Part shown: positions 31,066-39,956 of the stretch, one piece after another
Layout of the letters: the number at the start of each line of letters is the position of its first letter
How positions within the stretch are numbered: the stretch's first letter is position 1
Assembly: GCA_017504405.1 (NCBI GenBank)
Contig: JAFVRG010000020.1
Location: forward strand, 41,881-105,880
DNA length: 64,000 bases
From: Clostridia bacterium
GTDB taxonomy: Bacteria > Bacillota > Clostridia > Oscillospirales > CAG-272
Reading direction: 5' to 3'
Made by a program: the position numbers and the translations under genes
Notes under the pieces: generated by a model
Told to the model about the DNA's origin: nothing
What the model saw: the letters and a program-made list of their open reading frames with translations, nothing else
Databases searched by the model: none

Positions 31066-31106
31066 GTTGTAAAAAGGCGGAGGTTTACGCTCCGCCTTTA
31101 TTTTTT
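31066..31106 (-). terminator. intrinsic terminator after the ferredoxin gene
   Basis: aaggcggag / ctccgcctt stem with a 7-nt loop. On the minus strand it is followed by a T-run (complement of aaaaa at 31071-31075). Confidence 0.7.
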
Positions 31107-31119
31107 ATGGTATGTACAA

Positions 31120-31293
31120 TCAGTCCTCGTTAACGGGAGCGCCTACGGGGCAAACGTCCGCACAGGTTCCGCAAGAGATGCACTCGTCAGCATCGATAAC
31201 GTACTTTCCATCTCCTTCGCTGATGCAGCCAACGGGGCACTCACCCTCGCAGGAGCCACATGCGATGCAATCGTCGTTAATCTTGTATGCCAT
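31120..31293 (-). CDS. fdx: 2x[4Fe-4S] clostridial-type ferredoxin (57 aa; absent from the ORF track)
   Basis: My translation is MAYKINDDCIACGSCEGECPVGCISEGDGKYVIDADECISCGTCADVCPVGAPVNED*. It has two CxxCxxCxxxCP motifs, and a GGAGG RBS lies 7 nt upstream. Confidence 0.85.
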   Translation of the reverse strand: MAYKINDDCIACGSCEGECPVGCISEGDGKYVIDADECISCGTCADVCPVGAPVNED

Positions 31294-31422
31294 TGTTAAA
31301 CCTCCAAATTAGATTTCTAAATGTTATTGTAGCACATATTTTGAAAAAATCAAGTACTTTTTTCAAAAATGTATCTCAAAAGCCCAATTGACCCAGTGTT
31401 TACAGGGGTTTTCGGGGGGAAA

Positions 31423-32493
31423 TTATTCTTTTTGCTCGTCCTTTTCCTCGTTTTTGCGTGCCTTTTCCTGCTTTGGTGTCCTTAAAAGTTTAACCTCCTC
31501 GCAGGTGAAAAGCTTAATTTCATCCTTTTCCTCGAGCCTTACCTTTATCATCTGGAGCAAAGGTCTTGCCTCAACAACCAGTCCGTTGCCCGATGCAGTT
31601 TTGACAACCGAGCCAACGGCAGGCGTGGTAGCGAGAGCGCTTTCGTATGCCTCGTGCTCATAACGCAAGCAGCACATGAGCCTGCCGCATGAGCCTGAAA
31701 TCTTCGCTGAATTGAGAGAGAAGTTTTGCTCCTTTGCCATCTTAATCGAAACCTGAACGAAATCGGTGAGAAATTCGGCGCAGCAATAGGGCTTTCCGCA
31801 GGTGCCAAGACCTCCCATCATCTTCGTTTCGTCACGTATTCCTATCTGTCGGAGCTCGATTCTTGTTTTGAATACACCCGCCAAATCCCTGACAAGCTCA
31901 CGGAAATCAACACGGCCCTCGCTCGTATAATAGAACGTCAGCTTGCTGTTGTCAAACGCATATTCCGCATCGACGAGATGCATATCGAGGTTATGCTCCC
32001 TCGCCATTTTCTTAAATATCGGGCGAGCATCTGCCTCGAGCGCACGGTTAGCCCTTGCACGCTCAATATCGTCCTTGGTAGCGGTTCTCACTATCGGGCG
32101 CAGAGGGGGAACAACCTCGCTCGCAGGTATCTGTCTGTTGGGTATTTTAACCACGCCGAGCTCGTATCCGCGGGCGGTTTCAACTATAACCTTTTCTCCG
32201 ATTTTGCAAACCTTGCCTGCGGGGTCAAAATAATATATCTTTGCCGCAGGGCGGAAATTGACACCGACAATATCTACGCCGTCCTCGATAGGCTCGGGCG
32301 CTTTAACTGTCACAGGCGTTTCATCTCCGATAGGGTCGTCTATTACAACCTCGTCAGAGCTCTGCTCGGGCTCAGAGGCAACCTCAGCGCTCTCTATTTC
32401 TGCCTCAGCGCCGTTTTCCTTTTTTTTCTTGTGGCGGTTGCGGTTGAAATATCTTCTTTTTTTGTTATTTTTATTATTGTTTTTTTCACTCAT
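31423..32493 (-). CDS. ricT: PSP1-domain protein (YaaT/RicT-like) with charged low-complexity N- and C-terminal extensions
   Basis: The core IYYFDP...GYELGVV...LGTCGKPYCCAEFL...GSCGRLMCCLRYE is typical of the PSP1/YaaT family. It lies downstream of holB, as in Bacillus. Confidence 0.8.
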   Translation of the reverse strand: MSEKNNNKNNKKRRYFNRNRHKKKKENGAEAEIESAEVASEPEQSSDEVVIDDPIGDETPVTVKAPEPIEDGVDIVGVNFRPAAKIYYFDPAGKVCKIGEKVIVETARGYELGVVKIPNRQIPASEVVPPLRPIVRTATKDDIERARANRALEADARPIFKKMAREHNLDMHLVDAEYAFDNSKLTFYYTSEGRVDFRELVRDLAGVFKTRIELRQIGIRDETKMMGGLGTCGKPYCCAEFLTDFVQVSIKMAKEQNFSLNSAKISGSCGRLMCCLRYEHEAYESALATTPAVGSVVKTASGNGLVVEARPLLQMIKVRLEEKDEIKLFTCEEVKLLRTPKQEKARKNEEKDEQKE

Positions 32494-32503
32494 ATATTTT
32501 CCT

Positions 32504-33532
32504 CTAACAACATTTTTTAATATCCGAAATCAACGATGTCATTATAATATTGACGTTTGCGTTTTTCAGCACCGAATCGAGCGCTCCCTCAATCAGCGTC
32601 TCAACGTCGCACAGCCGCTTCAGCGAAACGAGAGAAGATAGATCCGTCGCCTTTTCTCTCTCAAAATAATAACACAGGGAAACCGTCGGGCTTTTTTTAA
32701 TCAGTATAAGGTCTCGGAGCGCCTCAATAACCATGGACAAGCTTTCCGATAATTCGGCACGCTTCTGCGGCAGGGATGATATTGCATCATAAAGAGCAGA
32801 GTAGGTGGCTCTGCCCGTTACTGCGGATATAACCGCATCAACCGCCTCACGCTTCGCCGTTATTTCCGAGAGACGCTTACTGTCGCAGAGATCGAGCGCC
32901 GCCCCTATTCGTCCGTCTGCGCCCTCTATCATAGCCCCGAATTTTTCGGCAGAGGTGCGTTTCAGCGTGCGGGCATCCGATGAATTTTTTTCGAGGTATT
33001 CAGATAGCTCCTCAGGGCTGAAAAGCTGCATACGCAGAGTCTGCGCACGGCTCTTAACAGTAGTCAAAAGGCGCTTTGAATCCTCGCATAGCAAAAGAAA
33101 TACCACGCTGTCGGGCGGCTCCTCTAAAACCTTTAACAGCGCATTTTGCGCCTGTACGGTCAGCTTATCCGCCTCGCTTAAAATGTATACCTTATAGTCG
33201 CTCTCGGTAGCCGAGAGGTAAACGTCATCCTTGAGCCTGCGCACGGTGTCCACGCCAATAGTCGCTTTACCTGCGCTGTCGATAACGGTTACGTCGGGAA
33301 AATTGTCGGAAAAAATCCTTTTGCACGAATTACATTCTCCGCAGGGCAGGGTATCACCTGCTTTGTCTTCGCACGAGAGTGCGGCGGCAATGCTCCTTGC
33401 CAGCGTCATTTTTCCCGAGCCGTCAGGACCCTCGATAATGTATGCGTGGGAATGGCTTCTTTTTGCAATGCTCTCGCCTATGCGTTGTCTGAGCGCTTCG
33501 TTTCCGTGTATTTTGCTAAAATATACGCTCAT
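32504..33532 (-). CDS. holB: DNA polymerase III delta' subunit
   Basis: AAA+ clamp-loader motifs: HAYIIEGPDGSGKMTLA, a zinc module C..CGECNSC, and LLKVLEEPP. Confidence 0.85.
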   Translation of the reverse strand: MSVYFSKIHGNEALRQRIGESIAKRSHSHAYIIEGPDGSGKMTLARSIAAALSCEDKAGDTLPCGECNSCKRIFSDNFPDVTVIDSAGKATIGVDTVRRLKDDVYLSATESDYKVYILSEADKLTVQAQNALLKVLEEPPDSVVFLLLCEDSKRLLTTVKSRAQTLRMQLFSPEELSEYLEKNSSDARTLKRTSAEKFGAMIEGADGRIGAALDLCDSKRLSEITAKREAVDAVISAVTGRATYSALYDAISSLPQKRAELSESLSMVIEALRDLILIKKSPTVSLCYYFEREKATDLSSLVSLKRLCDVETLIEGALDSVLKNANVNIIMTSLISDIKKCC

Positions 33533-33698
33533 AGCTGTCCCCCTTTTTACATTATCAAGTTAAATTATATCAATTTTGAGCCGTTATGTCAATCATTTAT
33601 AGGAAATATTAATAAAATTTCAAATAAGTGTTGTAATAATTACAAAAATATGTTAGAATATTTTTGTTTTAAAACTTTTATATAATAGGAGTAGTTTT

Positions 33699-35645
33699 AT
33701 GTCAAGCGAGAAGTTTTATATCACCAGCGCTATTGCCTACGCATCACGTAAGCCTCATTTCGGAAATACCTATGAGATAATTCTCACCGATGCGATAGCA
33801 CGCTTCCAGCGACAGATGGGGAAGGACGTGTTTTTCCTCACAGGAACGGACGAGCACGGACAGAAAATCGAGGAGCTGGCTAAGGGTGAGGGAATAGAGC
33901 CTCAGAAATACGTTGATAAGGTTGCAGAGGAAATTAAGGGTATATGGGACCTTATGGGCGCATCATACGATAAATTCATTCGTACAACCGACGATTATCA
34001 CGTAAAGAGTGTAAAAAATATATTCAAAAAGCTCTATGAGCAGGGCGATATATACAAGGGTGAGTACGAGGGCTGGTACTGCACTCCGTGCGAATCCTTT
34101 TTTACAGATACCCAGATAGTTGACGGAAAATGCCCCGATTGCGGACGCCCGGTTGTGAAGGCGAAGGAGGAGGCATATTTCTTCGCTATGAGCAAATATG
34201 CTGACAGGCTGATAGATTATATCGAAAACCACGTTGAGTTTATCGAGCCCGAGGCACGTAAGAAGGAAATGGTTAATAACTTCTTAAAGGCGGGACTTCA
34301 GGACCTGTGTGTTTCGAGAACATCGTTTAAGTGGGGAATACCCGTTGACTTTGACGATAAGCACGTAATCTACGTATGGATAGATGCGCTCTCGAACTAT
34401 ATAACCGCTCTCGGCTATGACCCGGCAAACGAGGTTCAGCCCGAGCTTTACAACAAATACTGGCCTGCCGACGTTCATATAATCGGTAAGGATATTCTGC
34501 GCTTCCACACCATATACTGGCCTATAATGCTTATGGCGCTCGGTCAGCCCCTGCCGAAGAAGATTTTCGGTCACCCCTGGTTCAACTTCGGTCAGGACAA
34601 AATGTCGAAGTCGAAGGGCAACGTTATATACGCAGACCGCCTCGCTGAGTTTTTCGGCGTTGACGGAGTACGTCACTACGCACTCTCCGAGATGCCCTAC
34701 TGCGCAGACGGCAGTATAACTTATGAAAATGTTGTAAACCGCTACAACACCGACCTTGCCAACAACCTCGGCAACCTCGTTTCGAGAACTCATGCAATGA
34801 CGGTGAAGTATTTTGGCGGCACAGTTCCCGCCCCTACCGCTCCCGATGCGCTTGACGAGGAATTGAAGGCGGCGACAAAGAAGGCAATAGAGGATAGCCG
34901 TAACTATATGAATGACTACCACGTTGCCGATGCGATAGAGAGCATATTTACTATGCTTCGCCGTGCAAATAAATACATTGACGAAACAACCCCTTGGGTG
35001 CTTGCAAAGGATGAAAGCAAGCACGCACGTCTGGGCACGGTTATCTACAACCTGCTCGAAACGATAAGAATAGGTGCAATCCTGCTCACTCCCTTTATGC
35101 CCTCAACGGCTGATAAGATTTTTGCGCAGCTCGCCACCGATAAATGCGATTATGCGAGCGTAGAATTCGGTGCGCTTGAAAGCGGAAAGGCACTTGGCGA
35201 GGCATCAACGCTCTTTGCACGTATAGACGAGCAGAAGTTTTTAGCCGAGCGTGAGGCAGAAATGGAGGCGGCTCGCAAAAAGGCAGAGGCTGAGGCAAAG
35301 GCTCTCGAGGAGCCCGAGCACGAGCCCGAAATTAAAATAGACAGCTTTATGGGCGTTGAGCTTCGCACGGCGAAGATTCTCGAATGTGAGAAGGTGCCGA
35401 AGGCTAAAAAGCTTCTTAAGCTCATAGTAGACCTTGGCTACGAAAAACGTCAGATTGTTTCGGGAATTGCAAAATTCTACGAGCCCGAGCAGCTGATAGG
35501 TAAAAAGGTTATAGTAGTTGCCAACCTCGATCCCGCAACCCTTTGCGGAATTGAGAGCCGCGGTATGCTGCTCGCATCGGGCGAGGAGCAGGTCAGGGTA
35601 GTGTTCCTTGACCCCGAAACACCTCTCGGCGAGCGTGTGCGCTGA
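33699..35645 (+). CDS. metG: methionine--tRNA ligase with a C-terminal tRNA-binding (EMAP-like) domain
   Basis: HIGH-like KPHFGNTYE, KMSKS (DKMSKSKGN), a zinc knuckle CTPCE...CPDCGR, and the C-terminal VELRTAKILECEKV. Confidence 0.95.
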   Translation: MSSEKFYITSAIAYASRKPHFGNTYEIILTDAIARFQRQMGKDVFFLTGTDEHGQKIEELAKGEGIEPQKYVDKVAEEIKGIWDLMGASYDKFIRTTDDYHVKSVKNIFKKLYEQGDIYKGEYEGWYCTPCESFFTDTQIVDGKCPDCGRPVVKAKEEAYFFAMSKYADRLIDYIENHVEFIEPEARKKEMVNNFLKAGLQDLCVSRTSFKWGIPVDFDDKHVIYVWIDALSNYITALGYDPANEVQPELYNKYWPADVHIIGKDILRFHTIYWPIMLMALGQPLPKKIFGHPWFNFGQDKMSKSKGNVIYADRLAEFFGVDGVRHYALSEMPYCADGSITYENVVNRYNTDLANNLGNLVSRTHAMTVKYFGGTVPAPTAPDALDEELKAATKKAIEDSRNYMNDYHVADAIESIFTMLRRANKYIDETTPWVLAKDESKHARLGTVIYNLLETIRIGAILLTPFMPSTADKIFAQLATDKCDYASVEFGALESGKALGEASTLFARIDEQKFLAEREAEMEAARKKAEAEAKALEEPEHEPEIKIDSFMGVELRTAKILECEKVPKAKKLLKLIVDLGYEKRQIVSGIAKFYEPEQLIGKKVIVVANLDPATLCGIESRGMLLASGEEQVRVVFLDPETPLGERVR

Positions 35646-35648
35646 TAT

Positions 35649-36434
35649 ATGAAAATATTCGACACCCACGCACATTATTATGACGGACGTTTTGCAGATG
35701 AGGGAATAGACGTTGATTTGCTGTTGTCCTCGCTCTTTGATACGCAAATAGAGGGGATTGTCAATGTTGCTACCAACACCGAAAACGCACGAACCGTTAT
35801 AGAAATGGCTAAAAGGCATAAGGGAATGTATACGGCGCTCGGCATTCATCCGAGTGACGTTTCGCCCGATGCCGATATAGATTCGGAAATTGAAAAGCTC
35901 CGTTTTATGCTGACCGATAAGGAAAGTAAAGCGGTGGCTCTCGGCGAGATAGGACTCGATTATTATTGGCAGCCCTACGACGCCGATTTGCAGAAGAAAT
36001 ATTTTGACAGACAGTTAACTCTGTCCGAGGAGCTGGGACTTCCCGCTGTCGTACATATACGTGATTCTCACGGCGACAGCTTTGATATGATAGCCTCACA
36101 CCCCAAGGCATTCGGAATTATTCACAGCTACAGCGGTAGCGCCGAGATGGCACGTGAATATATAAAGCGTGGCTGGTATATATCCTTTTCGGGCACGGTT
36201 ACGTTTAAAAATGCGGCGAGGGTTGCATCGGTTGCGGAGTCGCTTCCTCACGATAGAGTCTTGGTGGAAACCGATGCTCCGTACCTTGCTCCTCACCCAA
36301 TGAGGGGAAAAACAAACCATTCGGGCAATCTCGTCTATACGGTAGGAAAGCTCGCAGAGCTTTGGAATATACCCTATGACGAGGCAGTAAAAATAACTAC
36401 TGAAAACGCAAAGCGTGTTTTCGCACTTGATTGA
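35649..36434 (+). CDS. tatD: TatD-family metal-dependent hydrolase/DNase
   Basis: FDTHAHY, GEIGLDYYW, VVHIRDS, IIHSYSG and ETDAPYLAP motifs. Confidence 0.9.
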   Translation: MKIFDTHAHYYDGRFADEGIDVDLLLSSLFDTQIEGIVNVATNTENARTVIEMAKRHKGMYTALGIHPSDVSPDADIDSEIEKLRFMLTDKESKAVALGEIGLDYYWQPYDADLQKKYFDRQLTLSEELGLPAVVHIRDSHGDSFDMIASHPKAFGIIHSYSGSAEMAREYIKRGWYISFSGTVTFKNAARVASVAESLPHDRVLVETDAPYLAPHPMRGKTNHSGNLVYTVGKLAELWNIPYDEAVKITTENAKRVFALD

Positions 36435-36435
36435 T

Positions 36436-37047
36436 ATGAAAAAGGAAATGACGATAACCTATAAGGTAGAGAACGGTCTTTACCTCAATATAACGAATAA
36501 ATGCTCTAACCGTTGCAGCTTTTGTATAAGGAATAACGGTGACGGAGCTTACGGCAGCAATTCCTTGTGGCTGACACGTGAGCCTACGGTTGAGGAAATC
36601 TGGAATGCCGTTGTTGCCGCCAACCCCGACAAATACAACGAGGTTGTATTCTGCGGCTACGGTGAGCCGTCCTGTCGGCTTGACGTTATGTGTGAAATAG
36701 CAAAGAAAATTAAAGAGAATTATAAAGTACCCGTAAGGGTTAACACAAACGGACAGTCCTCGCTGATAAACGGACGTGATACTGCGCCCGATTTTTCCGT
36801 GTTTGACTGCGTTTCGATCAGCCTCAATGCCCCGACCGCAGAGCGGTATCAACAGATTTGTAAATCTCAGTACGGCGAGAGGGCGTTTGACGCTATGCTC
36901 GATTTTGCCCGTGAGGTAAAGAAATATTCACCCGAGGTGCTATTGTCGGTGGTGAAGGAAACGATGAGCGAGGAGGAGCTATCTGCTTGCATAAGGCTCT
37001 GCGACGAAATCGGCGTTAAAATCAAAATCAGAAATTACATCGGTTGA
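36436..37047 (+). CDS. TatD-associated radical SAM protein (function unknown)
   Basis: NITNKCSNRCSFCIRN carries the CxxxCxxC motif. 203 aa. The ATG at 36436 lies 1 nt after the tatD stop. From memory this matches the tatD-linked radical SAM family, which needs an HMM check. Confidence 0.7.
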   Translation: MKKEMTITYKVENGLYLNITNKCSNRCSFCIRNNGDGAYGSNSLWLTREPTVEEIWNAVVAANPDKYNEVVFCGYGEPSCRLDVMCEIAKKIKENYKVPVRVNTNGQSSLINGRDTAPDFSVFDCVSISLNAPTAERYQQICKSQYGERAFDAMLDFAREVKKYSPEVLLSVVKETMSEEELSACIRLCDEIGVKIKIRNYIG

Positions 37048-37144
37048 TTTCTGCGCTGTGTCAGAGGCAGGAACGAGTCCGACTGATTTGAGTTATGTAC
37101 ATACTGCACAAACGGCAGTTATTATTCATCCGATTTGTCGGCAT

Positions 37145-37182
37145 GCTGAATAAAAATCAAGAAAAGTGAAAAAATATTCACA
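37145..37182. promoter_or_regulatory. tandem ARG boxes (ArgR/AhrC operators) upstream of the arg promoter
   Basis: Box 1 at 37145-37162 is gcTGAATAAAAATcaAga. Box 2 at 37165-37182 is agTGAAaAAATATTCAca. Both were compared with TNTGAATWWWWATTCANW; box 2 matches 14 of 16 defined positions. The start-to-start spacing is 20 bp. Confidence 0.7.
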
Positions 37183-37189
37183 AAAACCG

Positions 37190-37217
37190 TTGACAAATCT
37201 ATTTAAAGTGATATAAT
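37190..37217 (+). promoter_or_regulatory. sigma-A promoter of the arg operon
   Basis: TTGACA (37190-37195), a 16-nt spacer, then TGaTATAAT with -10 at 37212-37217. Confidence 0.7.
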
Positions 37218-37238
37218 AAGTGCATAACCATTCAACAA

Positions 37239-37256
37239 AATGAATATTTATCCACA
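37239..37256. promoter_or_regulatory. third ARG box in the argG leader
   Basis: aaTGAATATTTATcCAca matches 14 of 16 defined consensus positions. It lies between the predicted -10 and the AAAGGAG RBS. Confidence 0.6.
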
Positions 37257-37269
37257 AAGGAGATCAAAA

Positions 37270-38493
37270 ATGAATAAGGAAAACATCAAAAAGGTAGTGC
37301 TTGCATATTCGGGAGGACTCGACACCTCTATAATTATTCCGTGGTTGAAGGAAAACTATAACAACTGTGAGGTAATTGCGGTATCCGGTAACGTCGGACA
37401 GGCTGACGAGCTGGACGGACTTGAGGAGAAGGCAATTAAGACGGGAGCATCGAAGCTCTACGTGCTCGACCTCACCGACGAATATGTTGACGAGTACATA
37501 ATTCCTACTATGAAGGCGGGAGCGGTTTACGAGGATTATCTTCTCGGAACCAGTCACGCACGTCCCTGCATTGCAAAGGGGCTCGTTGAGATAGCTCTCA
37601 AGGAGAACGCAGACGCAATCTGTCACGGCTGTACGGGCAAGGGTAACGACCAGGTTCGTTTTGAGCTGGCTATCAAGCATTTTGCTCCCAATATGCCGAT
37701 AATCGCACCCTGGCGTGAGTGGGACATCAAGTCACGTGACGAGGAGATTGAGTACGCAGAGGCGCACAACGTTCCCCTTAAGATAAACCGTGAGACTAAC
37801 TATTCAAAGGACAAGAACCTCTGGCACCTTTCCCACGAGGGAATGGACCTTGAGGATACAGGCAACGAGCCGATGTATGACAAGCCCGGATTTCTTGAAA
37901 TGGGAGTATCTCCCATAATGGCACCCGATGCGCCCACCTACGTTGAGCTTGATTTCGAAAAGGGCGTTCCCGTTGCCCTTGACGGCAAGAAGATGAGTGC
38001 AAAGCAGATTATCCTCGCCCTCAATGAGCTTGGCGGTAAGAACGGTATCGGTATCATCGACATTGTTGAAAACCGTCTTGTCGGTATGAAGTGCCGTGGC
38101 GTATACGAAACTCCCGGCGGAACTATTCTTTACAAGGCGCACAGCGTTCTTGAAAGCATTTGCCTTGACAAGCTCACGCTTCACGAAAAGCAGAAGCTCT
38201 CAATAACCTTTGCAGAGCTTGTATACAACGGTCAGTGGTTTACCCCTCTTCGTGAGGCTCTCTCCGCATTCGTTGATAAGACACAGGAGAAGGTTACGGG
38301 TAAGGTAAGGCTCAAGCTCTATAAGGGCAATATGATTAACGCAGGCGTATGGAGTGACTATTCGCTTTACAGTGAGGAAATTGCAACCTTCGGCGAGAGC
38401 GATTACGACCAGCGTGATTCCGCAGGCTTTATCAACCTTTACGGTCTGCCTATCAAGGTTCAGGCTATGGTTGATGCTAAAAACAACAAGTAA
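37270..38493 (+). CDS. argG: argininosuccinate synthase
   Basis: [14 protein letters not shown]-binding motif and [14 protein letters not shown] moved the start to ATG 37270, which follows AAAGGAG. Confidence 0.95.
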   Translation: MNKENIKKVVLAYSGGLDTSIIIPWLKENYNNCEVIAVSGNVGQADELDGLEEKAIKTGASKLYVLDLTDEYVDEYIIPTMKAGAVYEDYLLGTSHARPCIAKGLVEIALKENADAICHGCTGKGNDQVRFELAIKHFAPNMPIIAPWREWDIKSRDEEIEYAEAHNVPLKINRETNYSKDKNLWHLSHEGMDLEDTGNEPMYDKPGFLEMGVSPIMAPDAPTYVELDFEKGVPVALDGKKMSAKQIILALNELGGKNGIGIIDIVENRLVGMKCRGVYETPGGTILYKAHSVLESICLDKLTLHEKQKLSITFAELVYNGQWFTPLREALSAFVDKTQEKVTGKVRLKLYKGNMINAGVWSDYSLYSEEIATFGESDYDQRDSAGFINLYGLPIKVQAMVDAKNNK

Positions 38494-38500
38494 TCAATAG

Positions 38501-38546
38501 GCACGGCTGTCACGCCGAAAGACGTGACAGCCATAGGTGCTTTTTT
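38501..38546 (+). terminator. terminator-like hairpin between argG and argH
   Basis: gcac-ggctgtcacg [ccgaaaga] cgtgacagcc-(atag)-gtgc, followed by tttttt at 38541-38546. The core is a perfect 10-bp stem, extended by 4 bp across a bulge. Confidence 0.55.
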
Positions 38547-38579
38547 CAGTGGTATAAATTTCACAAGGAGATAGGCAAA

Positions 38580-39956
38580 ATGGCTAAAATGTGGGCAGGA
38601 AGAACGAGCGGCGATACGGATAAGCTCGCTGACGATTTCAATTCCTCTATACACATCGACAATAGAATGTACCGTCAGGATATAAAGGGCAGTATGGCGC
38701 ACGCCGCTATGCTTGCGGCTAAGGGGATAATCTCGCAGGGCGAGGCTGATATCCTTATAAACGGACTTGCTGGCATTCTTGACGACATCGACAGCGGTGC
38801 GCTCGAATTTGATATGAGTGCTGAGGATATACATATGTTTGTCGAGCAGATACTGACGGAGCGTGTCGGCGAGGTGGGAAAGAAGCTTCACACCGCACGC
38901 AGCCGTAACGACCAGGTTGCTCTGGATATCCGTATGTATTTACGTGACGAAACCGAAACGCTGATAGAGGCACTATCCGAGCTTGTATCGGTTATAGCCG
39001 ATAGGGCAGAGGAGCACAAATGCTCGATTATGCCCGGCTATACTCACCTTCAGAGAGCTCAGCCTATAACCTTCGGTCATCACCTGATGGCGTACGCTAT
39101 GATGCTTATCCGTGATATTGACCGCATAAAGGATGCGAGAGCGAGAATGAATAAATCCCCTATCGGATGCTGCGCTCTTGCAGGTACAACCTACGATACA
39201 GACCGTCGCTTTGAGGCTGAAAAGCTCGGCTTTGACGGTATATGCGAAAACTCGCTTGACGGAGTATCCGACCGTGACTTCTGCGTCGAGCTTATGAGTG
39301 CTTTTTCTATCCTTATGATGCACCTCTCACGCTTCTCGGAGGAGCTTATCCTCTGGTCAAGCTGGGAATTTAAGTTCGTTGAGCTTTCCGATGCGTATAC
39401 GACGGGCTCGTCAATAATGCCGCAGAAGAAAAATCCCGATATGGCAGAGCTCATCCGTGGAAAAACGGGCAGGGTTTACGGCGACCTTATGGCGCTTCTG
39501 ACAACCCTTAAAGGACTTCCCCTTGCATATAATAAGGATATGCAGGAGGATAAGGAGAGCGTATTTGATGCGCTCGACACGGTAAAAATGTGCGTAGCAG
39601 TTATGACACCGATGCTTGCAACTATGAACGTTCGCACCGACAATATGCTTTTGGCGGCGCAGAAGGGCTTTATCAACGCAACCGACCTTGCCGACTATCT
39701 TGTGAAGAAGGGAATGCCCTTCCGTTCCGCATACAAAATATCGGGACAGATAGTTGCAAAGTGTATAGCAGAGGATAAGGTTTTGGAAACGCTGTCGCTT
39801 GACAGCTACCGTGAATTTTCCGAGCTTTTCGAGGACGACCTTTTTGAAGAAATAAGCCTTACCACCTGCGTTGAGAAGCGCATATCCGAGGGCGGAACGT
39901 CCTTTGGCTCGGTGGAAAAGCAGATAGCATCGGTCAGGGAGATTTTGAGTAAATGA
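38580..39956 (+). CDS. argH: argininosuccinate lyase
   Basis: MWAGRTSG N-terminus and the fumarate-lyase signature GSSIMPQKKNPD. Confidence 0.95.
   Translation: MAKMWAGRTSGDTDKLADDFNSSIHIDNRMYRQDIKGSMAHAAMLAAKGIISQGEADILINGLAGILDDIDSGALEFDMSAEDIHMFVEQILTERVGEVGKKLHTARSRNDQVALDIRMYLRDETETLIEALSELVSVIADRAEEHKCSIMPGYTHLQRAQPITFGHHLMAYAMMLIRDIDRIKDARARMNKSPIGCCALAGTTYDTDRRFEAEKLGFDGICENSLDGVSDRDFCVELMSAFSILMMHLSRFSEELILWSSWEFKFVELSDAYTTGSSIMPQKKNPDMAELIRGKTGRVYGDLMALLTTLKGLPLAYNKDMQEDKESVFDALDTVKMCVAVMTPMLATMNVRTDNMLLAAQKGFINATDLADYLVKKGMPFRSAYKISGQIVAKCIAEDKVLETLSLDSYREFSELFEDDLFEEISLTTCVEKRISEGGTSFGSVEKQIASVREILSK

Noticed and set aside
31045-31312. Two plus-strand ORFs (84 and 66 aa) from the track
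   Set aside because: The opposite strand encodes a textbook 2x[4Fe-4S] ferredoxin with an RBS and a terminator. The plus-strand frames are its shadows.
31726-32520. 264-aa plus-strand ORF
   Set aside because: It is antisense to the PSP1/RicT gene, which has conserved family motifs.
33533-33698. T-box leader upstream of metG (and of glnS)
   Set aside because: The 166-nt AT-rich divergent spacer has no T-box sequence, specifier-loop architecture or terminator/antiterminator pair. glnS has no leader at all.
34284-35849. 246-aa and 202-aa minus-strand ORFs
   Set aside because: They are antisense to metG and tatD and have no supporting signals.
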